Assembly (NCBI RefSeq): GCF_006345805.1
Contig: NW_021834691.1
Span: 1-58,449, forward strand
Source: Octopus sinensis
Lineage: Eukaryota
Direction: 5' to 3'
DNA length: 58,449 nt
Positions 1 through 12,312 of this stretch are shown here, in pieces. The first letter of the stretch is position 1, and each line of letters opens with the position of its first letter. The translations under genes were made by a program, and so were the position numbers. The notes beneath the pieces were generated by a model, which saw only the letters and a list, made by a program, of their open reading frames with translations, made no database searches and was not told the DNA's origin.

Positions 1-499
1 GCTTGTTCATTTTTTTTTTTCGTTTTTCTTTCACCTTTTTTTGTGTTTATTTCTTCAGTTTTTCTCTTTGTTTCAAAATAGCAGCTTGCTCTGCTGAATG
101 GTCAAACAGTATCGATCGCTATCGATAAAAATGCAACGGCTCCGATTTCTGGAATGTGTTGTAAAGAGTGATGGAAGAGTCTGTATGTTATCATTTGACC
201 TTGGAGGAAATAGCAGCAAAGACTCAGTTAAATTAAGCCTTAACATCTTACAAAATGAAGGATACATGAAAATAATTACATAAATTACTATTTCTATAAT
301 TAAGGCAGAAATCTCTTGATACATACGTCTGCTCCACCAGGAAGTTAAGTAAAAAAACAAAAACAAAAGCAGTAATAACAACAACCATAGCAATGTAGAG
401 AAATATGGCAGTGTAATAGAGAATTACTTCAAAAATGATTTCCAATACATGCAAAGCCGCTTATTATAATCAGAGATTTCTCTCTCAGCCCCGAAAGGT

Positions 500-810
500 A
501 GAAAAGCAAAGTCATTATCATTATCATCATCGTCATCGTCACTATCATAGTCATCAACACCATCATCATAGTAGTCATTATTATCATCAGCATTATCATG
601 ACCGTCATAATCATCATCATCATCATCATCATCATGGTCGTCGTCGTCGTCAACATCATCATCATCATTTTAGTCATTAACATCATCAGTATAATCATGG
701 CTATATCATCATCATTGTCATCATTGTCACCATCGTTATTATATTAGTCATTATCATCAGCATCATCATGACCATAATCATCATCATCATTATCATCATC
801 ATATTCCTTA
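500..810. repeat. (CAT)n microsatellite field
   Basis: Imperfect CAT/CGT repeats seen directly; explains the His-rich and Met-rich ORFs. Confidence 0.95.
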
Positions 811-1202
811 GCAGCAGGCTCATCAAAATGTTCAATATCATCATCATCTCATTAAATAATTAATAATTTCTTGAAGTCAGTTCCTAAAGATTCGAAATGA
901 ATTGCCATGACGCATTTTTATCCAAAATTCTGGCGATTCTACGAGCTTGCCATCTTGAAGGACATATTGAATAAAAAGATACTGGACTTACACATTAGTA
1001 TTATGATTACATGTGTGAAGATGTCACACACCATTAACCCTTTTATCGCATTAAGGTTTTAGTGTGACACTTCATAGTGGAAACTGGTGTGATTAATTTG
1101 CTATCGTTCATTAAATGCCGCAAAACATAGAAATACGAAGTAAGTTTGAGGATAGACCCCGAAGCATAGAAAAGTTTTGCTAGAGTAATGTTACAGGAGT
1201 TC

Positions 1203-1660
1203 ATCATCATCATTGTTCGACACCCGTGGTCGAGACAATGGAATTACCATGCTACGCCGACTGCAAACGGTCCATCATGGCATTACGGAGGTCCTGTTGC
1301 TGGATGCCTGTATCCTGGAGATTACATCAGGGTAGGAGGGTGTGCGCCCTCTGTATTTGCGAGTAGATGGCTTCCAGAGGAGAATAGTAGAAATTATCTC
1401 TTTTTTCAGCTCTACAACAATGTCCAGCAAACTTGACTCTCGTATCTTTCACAAGAGATGACACAGGTGGTATTTCCCATATATTTGCATTTTAGTTGGA
1501 TGGCGCTCCCACGAGAGATTTTGAGCTCTCATAAGGAGGCAAGTGTAAGTTCCATCCAACCGCCTCTCAAGCTTCTTTGATAACGTCCAGGTTTCTGAGC
1601 CATATAGTAGAATTGGTTCGACAGTGGCTTTGAAGATTTCAAGTTTGAATAAATTGGATA
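1203..1660 (-). mobile_element. RTE-like LINE 3' fragment, 5'-truncated, (GAT)n tail
   Basis: Minus strand reads FKLEIFKATVEPILLYGSETWTLSKKLERRLDGTYTCLLMRAQNLSWERHPT, then in a shifted frame VKFAGHCCRAEKEIISTILLWKPS, typical of the RTE ORF2 C-terminus; ends in gatgatgatgatg near 1203-1216. Confidence 0.9.
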
Positions 1661-1829
1661 AAGGTGGGGCTGGATCAACTTCTGCCGGGTTACCTGCAAG
1701 TGGGTATTTCATGATCTAAAGAACTGGAATACCTAAAGACTTATGGAAATAGCATTGGTGATAGGTCCAGATATATCATGAGATGATTTATGGAAGAACT
1801 TCAAACGTAATACTCAGGGACGTTTGCGA

Positions 1830-2030
1830 AAACAGGACTTTAACGAAATGTGCAGACAGATGCCCCTCAAGCGACATCGTGCCGTACTATCAATGAACAA
1901 CACATCTATTGTACTACAAGAGAAGTCACGATATTACATATGTTTCAAATTGATTATTACTAGCGTTGGATCGAGGCCAAAGTTGTACAAGAAAGATTAT
2001 GTAATCTATTGTTGTTATATTTCAATGTAA
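1830..2030 (+). mobile_element. possible decayed hAT transposase fragment
   Basis: PLKRHRAVL...FKLIIT followed by frameshifted RWIEAKVVQ...LLLYF loosely matches the hAT SxKR...KL..TRW region; weak. Confidence 0.25.
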
Positions 2031-2339
2031 CTAGAAAGATGAAGGACAACATTGATCGCCGCCAGATATGAATTCAGAAAACAAAATGGAAATTCGGACA
2101 GATTTTAAATTGAAGATAAAATACAACGCTTTTAATTAATGATTTTATATTCGTTCATATTATTTCCTTGTTAAACTGAACTCATGCTTTCGGGTCAAGT
2201 TGTGACGGCGATTATGAAATACGTTGAACAAGATAACTTAAATGGTTTCGAAAATGAGCAAAACCTTCGTCAAATTTTAAATATACACATATGTTGCTAT
2301 TGTAAGACAAGATGAGTGTATGCGTCTGGATGTCGGTGC

Positions 2340-2578
2340 GTACACACATATATATGTATATAAGTATGTATGTATATATATTTGTATATATATACATATA
2401 TACATACATATATATATATAATTAATGCATGTACGCATGTATATATTATATTTATACATATATGTATGCATATATGATCTGTATATGCATATATATATGT
2501 AATGTATATATATTTATTATATATATATATATATATATATCTATATAATGTATGTATATATGATGTATATATATATAG

Positions 2579-2626
<48 letters not shown>

Positions 2627-2750
2627 GTATGTATATAGTATTATATACATAAATACATACATATATACAAATGCGCAAACATAGTAAGTATTCATGTATG
2701 TAAATATACATATATAATTACATAGAAATTCATATCTATACATCTATATA
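2340..2750. repeat. (AT)n/(ATGT)n microsatellite field
   Basis: Seen directly. Confidence 0.9.
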
Positions 2751-2993
2751 TATAGGTTACCATTACTACTACTACTTTACCATATACGAGTTACAAATTC
2801 TGTTTGTTTGTGGAGACTTATTTTTCTAGTAGTAGTAATGGTAACCTATTTGGCTGCTATTTCTAATATTTTCGGTATGTGGTTTAAGCAACTTGTTGCA
2901 ATTAACCCTTTATTATAATTATATGTAATCCTTACCGAATATGGTTATCTATATATATATATACAAACCGACACGCACAACATACACACGCTT

Positions 2994-3058
<65 letters not shown>

Positions 3059-3064
3059 ATATTT

Positions 3065-3097
<33 letters not shown>

Positions 3098-3100
3098 CAT

Positions 3101-3295
3101 GTGGGGGAGCTGATAAGGCCTGGCTGGAGACTCAACATTCTGATTTCTTTCTGTAGGTGTTAGAAAAAACTAAAGGACCGCTGCAACAAGTGTGTGACTC
3201 TGAGAGGAGAATATATAGATTGAAATCATAATTCACTGATCCTCCGTGTATTATTTCCTTTTACCCAAAGCCAGGAACTACTTCGCATGTCTTCA
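3101..3295 (+). mobile_element. mariner transposon 3' remnant
   Basis: WLETQHSDFFL, then frameshifted KLKDRCNKCVTLRGEYID* (mariner C-terminal motif), followed by a TIR-like gccaggaactac...TA end. Confidence 0.75.
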
Positions 3296-3624
3296 TATGT
3301 ATATCACATCTTTTCATTCTCTTCTGAACTGCTAAGAAGTTCTGGTATAAAAAATATCGATGCCCCAAATGAAAAAGTTTTTAAAAACTGGATAAAAACT
3401 TCGAAACTTTGACCGTTACATTATGGATTTCTTTAATGCACGCGAATTCACAATCTCGAGGAAGATTTTAAATCGACAGCAAATATATAAAGCCAAGATT
3501 AATTAGAAGATTTGCAATCCGACGATTGCTTAATTGGCCGAGTCTCAGAAATCTTTATCAATAATAGACTTCTTTACGAACAATAATACAACACACACAC
3601 ACACACATTCTTTCCTTCTTTTAA

Positions 3625-3988
3625 GGCGGCGAACTGGCAGAAACGTTAGCACGCCGGACGAAATGCTTAGCAGTATTTCGTTTTCCGTTACATTCTGAGC
3701 TCAAACTCCACCGAGGTCGACTTTGCTTTTCATCTTTTCGGGATCGATAAATTAAGTACCAGTTACGCACTGGGGTCGATGTAATCGACTTAATCCGTTT
3801 GTCTGTCCTTGTTGTCCCCTCTGCGTTTAGCCCCTTGTGGGTAGTAAAGAAATAACAAACGTTAGCACGCAGGGTGAAATGCTTAGCAGTATTTCGTCTT
3901 CAGTTACGTTCTGAGTTCAAACTCCCTCGAGGTCGACTTCGCTTTTCATCCTTTCGGGATCGATAAATTAAGTACCAGTTGCGTACTT
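3625..3988 (+). mobile_element. tRNA-derived SINE family A, full copy plus second partial unit
   Basis: Head ggcggcgaactggcagaa (A-box-like), B-box-like g(t/c)tcaaactcc, body gtcgactttgcttttcatc...ggggtcgat...gtagtaaagaaata; recurs many times in the window. Confidence 0.9.
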
Positions 3989-4046
3989 ACTTTATATGTG
4001 TGTGTGTGTACATGGGCACACACACATATGTTTGTATCTCTTTCTC

Positions 4047-4446
4047 TTTTCTCTCTTTTACTTGTTTCAGTCATTTGATTTCGGCCATGCTGGAGCACCG
4101 CCTTTAGTCGATCAACTCGACCCTGGGACTTATTCTTTGTAAGCCCAGTACTTATTCTATCTGTCTCTTTTGCTGAACCGCTAGGTGACGGGGTCATTAA
4201 CATACCAACATCGGTTGTCAAGCGATGTTGGGGGGGGGGGACAAACACAGACATACAAACATACATGCACACATTTATATATACATATATACGACGGGCT
4301 TCTTTCAGTTTCCGTCTACCAAATCCACTCACAAGGCTTTGGTCGGCCCGAGGCTATAGTAGAAGACACTTAACCAAGATGCCAAGCAGTGAGACTGAAC
4401 CCGGAACCATGTGGTTGGTAAACAAGCTACTTACCACACTGCCACT
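4047..4446 (-). mobile_element. tRNA-derived SINE family B
   Basis: Reverse complement of gtggc.gtgtggtaagtagcttg...ggttcagtc...gaaagaagcccgtcg(AT)n...ctccagcatggc...gactgaaacaagtaaaag. Confidence 0.9.
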
Positions 4447-4709
4447 TAGTAACGGAGTAATTAATGCGTAATTATTCCTAATTATCCAAATGGTGAATTT
4501 CTTATGAATCTGAAGTGTCGTATAATGATCGTCAGCCTCCTATGAGTCCGTCATTACTGCAATGAGACAGCGCAATACGTTAGGTTCTTTATAATGCAGT
4601 AAACAAACAACAATGGACAGATGGAAACATCTCTGTGCGCGTTTCAACAGCGAGATCATTTATTCAGCAATGCGTAAGATTAAATAATGTTATGCATTGT
4701 TGAATAATT

Positions 4710-4719
4710 GATATATGAA

Positions 4720-4767
<48 letters not shown>

Positions 4768-4772
4768 CATCC

Positions 4773-4834
<62 letters not shown>

Positions 4835-4854
4835 TCTATATATCTATCTATCTC

Positions 4855-4926
<72 letters not shown>

Positions 4927-4950
4927 CTATCTATCTTCCATCCTCCATCC

Positions 4951-5001
<51 letters not shown>

Positions 5002-5074
5002 CATCTATCTATCTATCTATCTATCTATTTATCCCTCCATCTATGTGTGTGTGTCTGTATGTATGTGTATATAC

Positions 5075-5105
<31 letters not shown>

Positions 5106-5185
5106 TATATATATATATATGTGTGTGTGTGTGTATGTGTGTGTGTATGTGTGTGTGTTATACTATGCATATGTATAATAACATA

Positions 5186-5241
<56 letters not shown>

Positions 5242-5502
5242 AATACATATATGTACATATGTATATTATGTATATATACATATATATGTATGTACGCATA
5301 TATTGATGTCTGTATACATATATATATATGTGTGTATATGTATTCGTTTCCATGCCAATGTATACGCACGATACACACAAAATATGCTTGTATACATACA
5401 TGAATATGTTATTGTTCTTGTATACATACGCAGATGGATATTCATGAACACTAACATATACATGGAGTGAGAGAGAGAGGAGGGAGTTAAGCGAAACATA
5501 CT

Positions 5503-5550
<48 letters not shown>

Positions 5551-5560
5551 TTTGGACTGA
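4710..5560. repeat. (ATCT)n, (AT)n, (GT)n, (GA)n compound microsatellite
   Basis: Seen directly. Confidence 0.95.
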
Positions 5561-5920
5561 AAAGACAGACACGGAGTCAACAAACAGTAATGGCGTTATG
5601 GCTGTATTTCTAATTGTTGAAATAATGGCAGCAGGAATGATAATTCAAATTATTAACCAAAATGATATCTCTTTGATGACATCTTCAACTCCTATGGAAT
5701 CGCCTTTGCTATAATTCACCACGTATGTTATAATTAGCAACACGATACCAGGAAATCTACGATAAGAAATATCTTTATAATACTTTAGTAATTAGGTACC
5801 TGATAAAAGAATGTAATAAAATAAATATTATAAATATTCTATGAGCGAAATGTAAGATGCATTTGTAATTATGAATAAATATTTGCATGTGTTACTTTAT
5901 TAATTCAATCGTCAGTGTAG

Positions 5921-6103
5921 GATATGTTAAGTGGGTATCAATCGTCTGATTCGAAGCTGCTATCGATTACATTCAATCAACAAGCTAACCATTACTCTCA
6001 AACTGTCTCAGGACACCTAGCTGTCGATGTATACCATGGAGAAGTTGTTTTACGAACTAAAACTTGTGAATTAGTTTATGATAAAGAGGGAAATTATAGC
6101 TAA
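5921..6103 (+). CDS. candidate terminal coding exon, unknown product
   Basis: After ...tcagtgtag the frame reads DMLSGYQSSDSKLLSITFNQQANHYSQTVSGHLAVDVYHGEVVLRTKTCELVYDKEGNYS*; complex composition; 59 aa from the ATG, so below the track cutoff; family not recognised. Confidence 0.3.
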   Translation, partial: DMLSGYQSSDSKLLSITFNQQANHYSQTVSGHLAVDVYHGEVVLRTKTCELVYDKEGNYS

Positions 6104-6635
6104 CTCTGTTATTCCATGTAGGTTACCCCAGAAAGGGTAGATATACGATGAAAGAATGTTTGCTGTTTCCCTATCGTCTCTCTTTTAATTACCTTATTTT
6201 GCCAAATGTTATATTACCATTTATTTAAAAACTTCGGAAACCCGTGACTTAAAGTAAATTTAGGTGTATGTCGAAGTTAAAAGATTAACCCCATAGAGAT
6301 TACACTTTTAGATATTAAGGCATTGTTTTTATTGACTAAGCTATGCAGAGAAACCCATCTATAGTTATCTACCTTGTCTGCAGCACACAAAAAAAGGAAT
6401 TCATTTAGTAGCCATGAATTTAAATATCAGACTTAATGACGACTTATATATCATAATTTCTACAATGAAGGAAAACACAAGACGAGATGGCCAAGGCAAG
6501 ATTTTCTAATTCTTTCGCTCACTATATAATTTAAGAATATAAAACATAGTATTAGGTTGTGTATATAATTCATTTACGTATTTGTACGTATTTGTTCTTC
6601 TTATAAGTAAATAATTTATAAATACATTTACTAAT

Positions 6636-7140
6636 TACCCAAAGGGGGTGGGATAAGCATAGAGGGAACAAACAAGGACAGACAAAGGGATTAAGCCTGT
6701 TGCATCGACCCCAGTGCGTAACTGTTACTTATTTAATCGATCCCGAAAGGATAAAAGGCAAATTTGACCTCGGCGGAATTTGAACACAGAACGTAATGGC
6801 AGACGGAATACCTGTTTCTTTATTACCAACAAGGGGCTAAACGTAGAAGGGACAAACAAGGACAGACAAACGGATTAAGTCGATTACATCGACCCCAGGG
6901 CGTAACTGTTACTTATTTAATCGATCCCGAAAGGATAAAAGGCAAAGTTGACCTCGGCGGAATTTGAACACAAAACCTAAATCAGACAAAACACCTCTAA
7001 GCTTTTTGCCTGTGGTGCTAAGGATTCTGCCGGCTCACCGCCCTTAATAAATCAAAAATATAATTATTTCTTTATTGCCCACAGGGGGCTAAACATATAG
7101 GGGACAAACAAGGACAGACAGAGAGATTAATTCGATTACA
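6636..7140 (-). mobile_element. SINE family A tandem array (head plus 2 bodies) and an extra 3' fragment
   Basis: Repeated reverse-complement body units at ~6640-6815 and ~6815-7042, fragment at ~7066-7140. Confidence 0.85.
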
Positions 7141-7613
7141 GCCTCCCTTAAATATTCATAAATATATAAAGAAAATATATTTGAAAACAAATGCAAATAA
7201 TAATAATATCTATATAGAATTGGTTTGAACGCAGCTTTAATCATAGATCATAAATCTTCAAAATAAGGACTCACCTGAGACTTAAACACGGTAGCAATCA
7301 ACACAGAGAAGAGTCTATACCTTCTAGTGCATAATTTTACACCTTACAGCCATAGCCAGGTCTGTTCTTCTAGAAATGTCGATTTTTAAAAGTGTTTAAG
7401 TCAATAAATATATATATGGTTCAGCTGTGTTTCTGGTGTGAATTTAATAAATAATATTCTTTTGTAACTTTCGAGAAATCACGTATGCTATGTTAAGAGT
7501 TTTTTAAAGTATTTCATTGTGAATGCAATCCAGAGTATAAGCGTATGCGAATGTGTGTATGCCTTTGTGTGGGCATTAGTGTATTTATGTGTGTATATAT
7601 CTAGTCATATAAG

Positions 7614-7653
<40 letters not shown>

Positions 7654-7773
7654 GTGTGTGTGCTTCTGTATATCACAAAGGGGGAAATATAGATTTGCAT
7701 ACAGGAGAAGGCAAGCGTATGTACCCCCACACACACAAACGTACACACATACACACGGAGACACACATACACT

Positions 7774-7920
7774 TATTTCAGTTTTCGTCTGCCAAAAAGA
7801 GCAACAAGGCTCTGGTAGGTCCAAGGCTATAGTAGAAGTCACTTGCTCAAAGTACCTCGCAGTGGCGATGAACACGGAAGCATGAGGCTGGGCAGCAATC
7901 TTGTTACCACACAACCACGT
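7774..7920 (-). mobile_element. SINE family B, degraded 5' half
   Basis: caaggctctggtaggtccaaggctatagtagaagtcacttgc matches the family B head in reverse complement. Confidence 0.75.
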
Positions 7921-8209
7921 GAATACATATAAATATACATATATATATATAAACACACACACCCACACACACCCACACACATATGAATTAGGTGAATGTG
8001 CATGTCCTTCGTTATCATTCGATGTCTCTGTATGCACAACAGAGGATAGAAAGCAGTAATTTAACTCAAAGAATTCAATGCCTAAACACGCTCGATACTT
8101 TAGTTAATTATCTAAAAACAACAATATTGATTTTTAAATAAAGAGATTTATTTCGTTCTGTAGGCTTGAAGAAACTCAAATCAGTTTCCGTGTCTATCCT
8201 TTATCTTTT

Positions 8210-8860
8210 CCTATAATAATGTATGTTGCGAATTAAACGAAATAGGGTTCTTCGATTGGCTCCCTAGCATGGAGATCAATGACTCCTTCTAAATCGGTAG
8301 TGCTGCTTCTTCTTTGCATTGAGAAACCACAGCATTTGCACTAAGAACCTCTGGAAAGAATGTCGAAGGAAAGAATCGCAAGACAGATTTTTCAAACCGA
8401 GACAAACGGCAGGAACTTAGAACGTAGAGTAATAATGAGACGGTTGTAAAATATACATCGTCTGAGGTGGTCATGTTTGGGAATCTAACTGCGGAGAGTA
8501 ATGACGGTTGTTTTTGATAGAACCTTATTGATGATGAGTCTAAAGAGTCTTCCTCCATGAGCCCTGGAATAGAGGGCGAAGAATATGGATAGGATGAGGA
8601 TAACTACTATTGAATAGTAAAGATTGTTTGTCAACATAACATGTTTAGGACGAATATTGCTGCAAGTTAGCTCCAGGTGACATCGTCTCCAGCTGTCTGT
8701 ACGGCACGATCTTTGTCCTTATATTTTCGAACAAGGGAATCTAGCACCCCAACTCAGTTCAAAATAATATCTGTGTATCGCGATTTCCGGGTTATGTTGG
8801 CAAAAATCTTTATTCCAAAGTTCTGTTACTGAATATCTCTCGTGGTGAAATATAAAAATA
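8210..8860 (+). repeat. left arm of long inverted repeat containing an RTE-like LINE 3' fragment
   Basis: Plus frame LLLCIEKPQHLH*EPLERMSKERIARQIFQTETNGRNLERRVIMRRL resembles the RTE ORF2 end; reverse complement aligns to 8998-9657. Confidence 0.8.
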
Positions 8861-8997
8861 TAATTTTTCTACTTTTGTATAGTCACGGGTTTCAAGTTTT
8901 GGCACAGGAACAGCCGTATTGGAAGGGAAGGGGCCAAGTGGATTACAACGACCCTAATACTTGACAGCTACGCCATTTTGTACGGTGTAATCTGTAC

Positions 8998-9657
8998 TAT
9001 TTTAAAATCTTATTACGAGAGAAATCCAGCAACAGTACGTTGGGGTAAAGGTTTTTGCCAACATAACCCGGAAATCGCGATACACAGATATTGTTTTGCG
9101 CTGAGCTGGGATGCTAGATTCCCTTGTTCGAAAATATAAGGACAAATATCGTGTCGTACAGCCAGCTGGAGACGATTCTCCTGGGGCTAAATTACAGCAA
9201 CATTCGTTCTAAACCAGGAGTACCACGTTATGTTGGCAAACAATCTTTAATATACAATAGTACTTATCCTCATGCCATTCATATTCTTCGCTCGCTCTTC
9301 CTGTGGTCGTGAAGGAAGACTTGTTAGACACATCATCAATAAGGTTCTATCGGAAACAACCGTCATTACACTCCGCAGTTAGATTCCCAAACATGACCAC
9401 CTCAGACGATGTTTATTTTACAACCGTCTCATTATTACTCTACGTTCTAGGTTCCTGCCGTTTGTCTCGGCTTAAAGAATCTGTCTTTCGATTCTTTCCT
9501 TTGATATTCTTTCGAGATGTTCTTAGTACCACTGCTGTAGTTTCTCAATGCAAAGAAGTAGCAGCACCACCGATCTAGAAGGATTCCTTGATCTCCATGC
9601 TAGGGATCCAAATCGAAGAACCCATTTCTGTTAATACGTAACATACATGATTATAGG
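8998..9657 (-). repeat. right arm of long inverted repeat (RTE-like fragment plus flank)
   Basis: Shares long exact runs with the reverse complement of 8210-8860, e.g. ctccgcagttagattcccaaacatgaccacctcagacgatg. Confidence 0.85.
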
Positions 9658-9725
9658 TACTCCATTTGCACCACCCGTTGCAAGAACTCTGTACAAGGCC
9701 ATAGGCGCAGCTTTAAATATATCTC
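9647..9725 (-). CDS. candidate internal exon (79 nt)
   Basis: Acceptor ttgttttattttgtatag, frame (G)DIFKAAPMALYRVLATGGANGVPII, donor AT|gtatgt; the donor lies inside the inverted-repeat arm. Confidence 0.2.
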
Positions 9726-10400
9726 CTATACAAAATAAAACAACCCAACAGAAAACAAGCTTAGTGTTTGTGAAAATATTTACTGTTCGTGTTGTTACGC
9801 GTTGAACGCAAATTTCGCAGTTGCTTAATCGATTCAAGCTTTTGTCTATTTAGCTGTTGCTGAGCAGCTAAATAATAGTAATAAATGAAGTAGAAATATC
9901 CAGAATAGAGGACATACATGTGAAATATTACTAATTAATTTTGATATAGTTAATTACATTTGACAGAAATGGTCATTCTGAAATTCCCTACAGGTTACGT
10001 TTATCGATATTTATTGATCATCAATTCTTAATAATACCAACCATTACGTTTAACGCCTCGTCGAATTAGTAACAATCTTTGTCTTGTTGAGCAAATCATA
10101 GTAGAACAGAGTGTAAGCTTGTGGCAAATTGATATGAAGCAGTACTTTGGCTTGAGTTGTTTCTTGTGCACGGTTTTAAGAAATTTGTTTCCTTCTTCGA
10201 ACAAAACAAACGCGACCCTAGATCAAATTTCTGGCAGTGGGATTTCAAAATGGGGGACACGCGAACATTTCAGGCACAAGGACTGACATTTTGGAGGTGT
10301 GGGTAATACCTCAGACAGTTGCTCCCATCAACCTCAGACAGTTGCTCCCATATGTACGAAAATAAAATTTGGGATTTATGGAGGGGCAAAGTTGGGAACA

Positions 10401-10440
<40 letters not shown>

Positions 10441-10442
10441 CT

Positions 10443-10625
10443 ATTTCTTTACTACCCACAAGGGGCTAAACAGAGAGAAGACAAACAAGGATAGACAAAC
10501 GGATTAAGTCGATTATATCGACCCCAGTGCATACCTGGTACTTATTTAATCGACCCCAAAAGGATGAAAAGCAAAGTGGCCCTCGGCGGATTTGAACTCA
10601 GAACGTCGCGGCAGACGAAATACCG

Positions 10626-10628
<3 letters not shown>
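10443..10628 (-). mobile_element. SINE family A body
   Basis: Reverse complement of the family A body. Confidence 0.85.
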
Positions 10629-10683
<55 letters not shown>

Positions 10684-10685
<2 letters not shown>

Positions 10686-10767
10686 GTAATCCCGCGACTA
10701 TCGCGGGTGTTACATTTCAAACCACACCGCGACAGGTGAAAATCCGCGAAGTAGAAACAGTACTGTA

Positions 10768-10832
<65 letters not shown>

Positions 10833-10945
10833 ATTTGTATATACTTATTTTATTATAAATGGAAAAAAACTCCATGGAGGAATCGACGTAACTTTAAATA
10901 ATAATAAACCGCGATAAGTGATCCACGATGGACGAGGAATTACTG
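10684..10945. mobile_element. pogo/Tigger-like MITE with internal (TAT)n
   Basis: Left end cggtaatcccgcgactatcgcgg and right end ccacgatggacgaggaattactg|ta are imperfect inverted repeats; TA on the right flank. Confidence 0.7.
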
Positions 10946-11053
10946 TATGTATTAATACATATACGCCTTCATATACATGTACGTTTACATATGTATGTAT
11001 TTATGTATATACAGTTTAGAGACCGATGAGATTCTAACGATATCACCGATTAT

Positions 11054-11241
11054 ACTCTTTTACTTGTTTCAGTCATTTGACTGCGGCTATGCTGGAGCAC
11101 CGCCTTTAGTCGAGCAAATCGACCCCGGGGACTTATTCTTTGTAAGCCCAGTACTTATTCTATCGGTCGATTTTGCCGAACCGCTAAGTGACGGGGACGT
11201 AAACACGTCAGCATCGGTTGTCAAGCAATGCTAGGGGGACA

Positions 11242-11310
<69 letters not shown>

Positions 11311-11473
11311 GACAGGCTTCTTTCAGTTTCCATCTACCAAATCCACTCACAAGGCATTGGTCGGCCCGGTGCTATAGCAGAAGACACTTGCCCAAGGTGC
11401 CACGCAGTGGGACTGAACCCGGAACCATATGGTTGGTTAGCAAGCTACTTACCACACAGCCACTCCTACGCCT
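11054..11473 (-). mobile_element. SINE family B, full length
   Basis: Head, internal (AT)n and tail all present in reverse complement. Confidence 0.9.
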
Positions 11474-11859
11474 ATCTGTAAGATATTTTTCTTTTGCTCG
11501 TGTCACTGAAATTAATGCAAACGGATAGTCTTAACGCTTGCAGCAACTGGAAATGACAAAGAACGGCTCATAAATTAATTATGATACTATACTTTAGAAA
11601 TTTTTGCTGAGGTTTTTATACTACACAGACAATATTTTTTGCAGCTTAGGACATGTTTGTTTGCTACATTGTAAATGTTCATGCATTGAGAGTACAGGGT
11701 TCGTTTATCTCTGAATTGTGAGAAGAAGGTTGCTTTCCAATCACATGGTTCAGAGTTCAGTTCCCCTGCAGTGGAAGCTTATACAAGTGTTTTGTAGAGA
11801 GAGAGAGTAGCCTCAGGCCGACGAAAGCCTTGCTCGATGAGAACTTAAAGAATCAGCTC

Positions 11860-12125
11860 TCATCTATCCATCCATCCATCCATCCATCCATCCATCCATC
11901 CATCCATCCATCCATCCATCCATCAATCCATCCATCCATCCATCCATCCATCATCCATCCATCCATCCATCCATCCATCCATACATACATACATATACAT
12001 AAATACATATGTGTGTGTGTGAGTGTATGTGTGTGTGTGCACGTGTGTGTGTGTCTGCCTGTCCATATGTATGAGGGTATGCGTGTGTATGAATGTGTGT
12101 GTGTGTGTGTGTGTCTATGTGTGTC
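11860..12125. repeat. (CCAT)n, (ACAT)n, (GT)n microsatellites
   Basis: Seen directly. Confidence 0.95.
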
Positions 12126-12172
12126 TCCCACTACTTCTTGACAACTTGTGTTGTTGTTTTTGCATGCCCTTA

Positions 12173-12312
12173 ACATAGCGGTTCGGTAAAAGGGACCGAT
12201 AAAATAGGTATCAGGCGTGGAAGAAAAACAAGTAGTAAGGCCGATTCATTCGATAAGCAAATTCTTGAAGGCGCTGCCCCCGCATGGTCGCAGTCAAATG
12301 ACTGAAACAAAT
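12173..12312 (+). mobile_element. SINE family B 3' tail, diverged
   Basis: tagcggttcggtaaaagggaccgata...gcatggtcgcagtcaaatgactgaaacaa. Confidence 0.75.

Noticed and set aside
98-283. 61-aa ORF with QRLRFL...KSDG
   Set aside because: Only a faint resemblance to an RTE LINE C-terminus; not supportable as a gene or as an element
435-698. His-rich and Met-rich ORFs
   Set aside because: Translation of a (CAT)n microsatellite
4708-5572. Long ORFs of 150-175 aa (YLSI and IY repeats)
   Set aside because: (ATCT)n and (AT)n repeats lack stop codons in some frames
5580-5760. Minus-strand hydrophobic frame open if TGA is read as Trp (possible NUMT)
   Set aside because: No recognisable mitochondrial protein motif; the COX2 resemblance is superficial
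8289-8558. Paralogous ~90-aa ORFs at 8289-8558 and 9303-9578 as a gene pair
   Set aside because: Antisense to an RTE-like LINE remnant inside an inverted duplication; kept only as part of that finding
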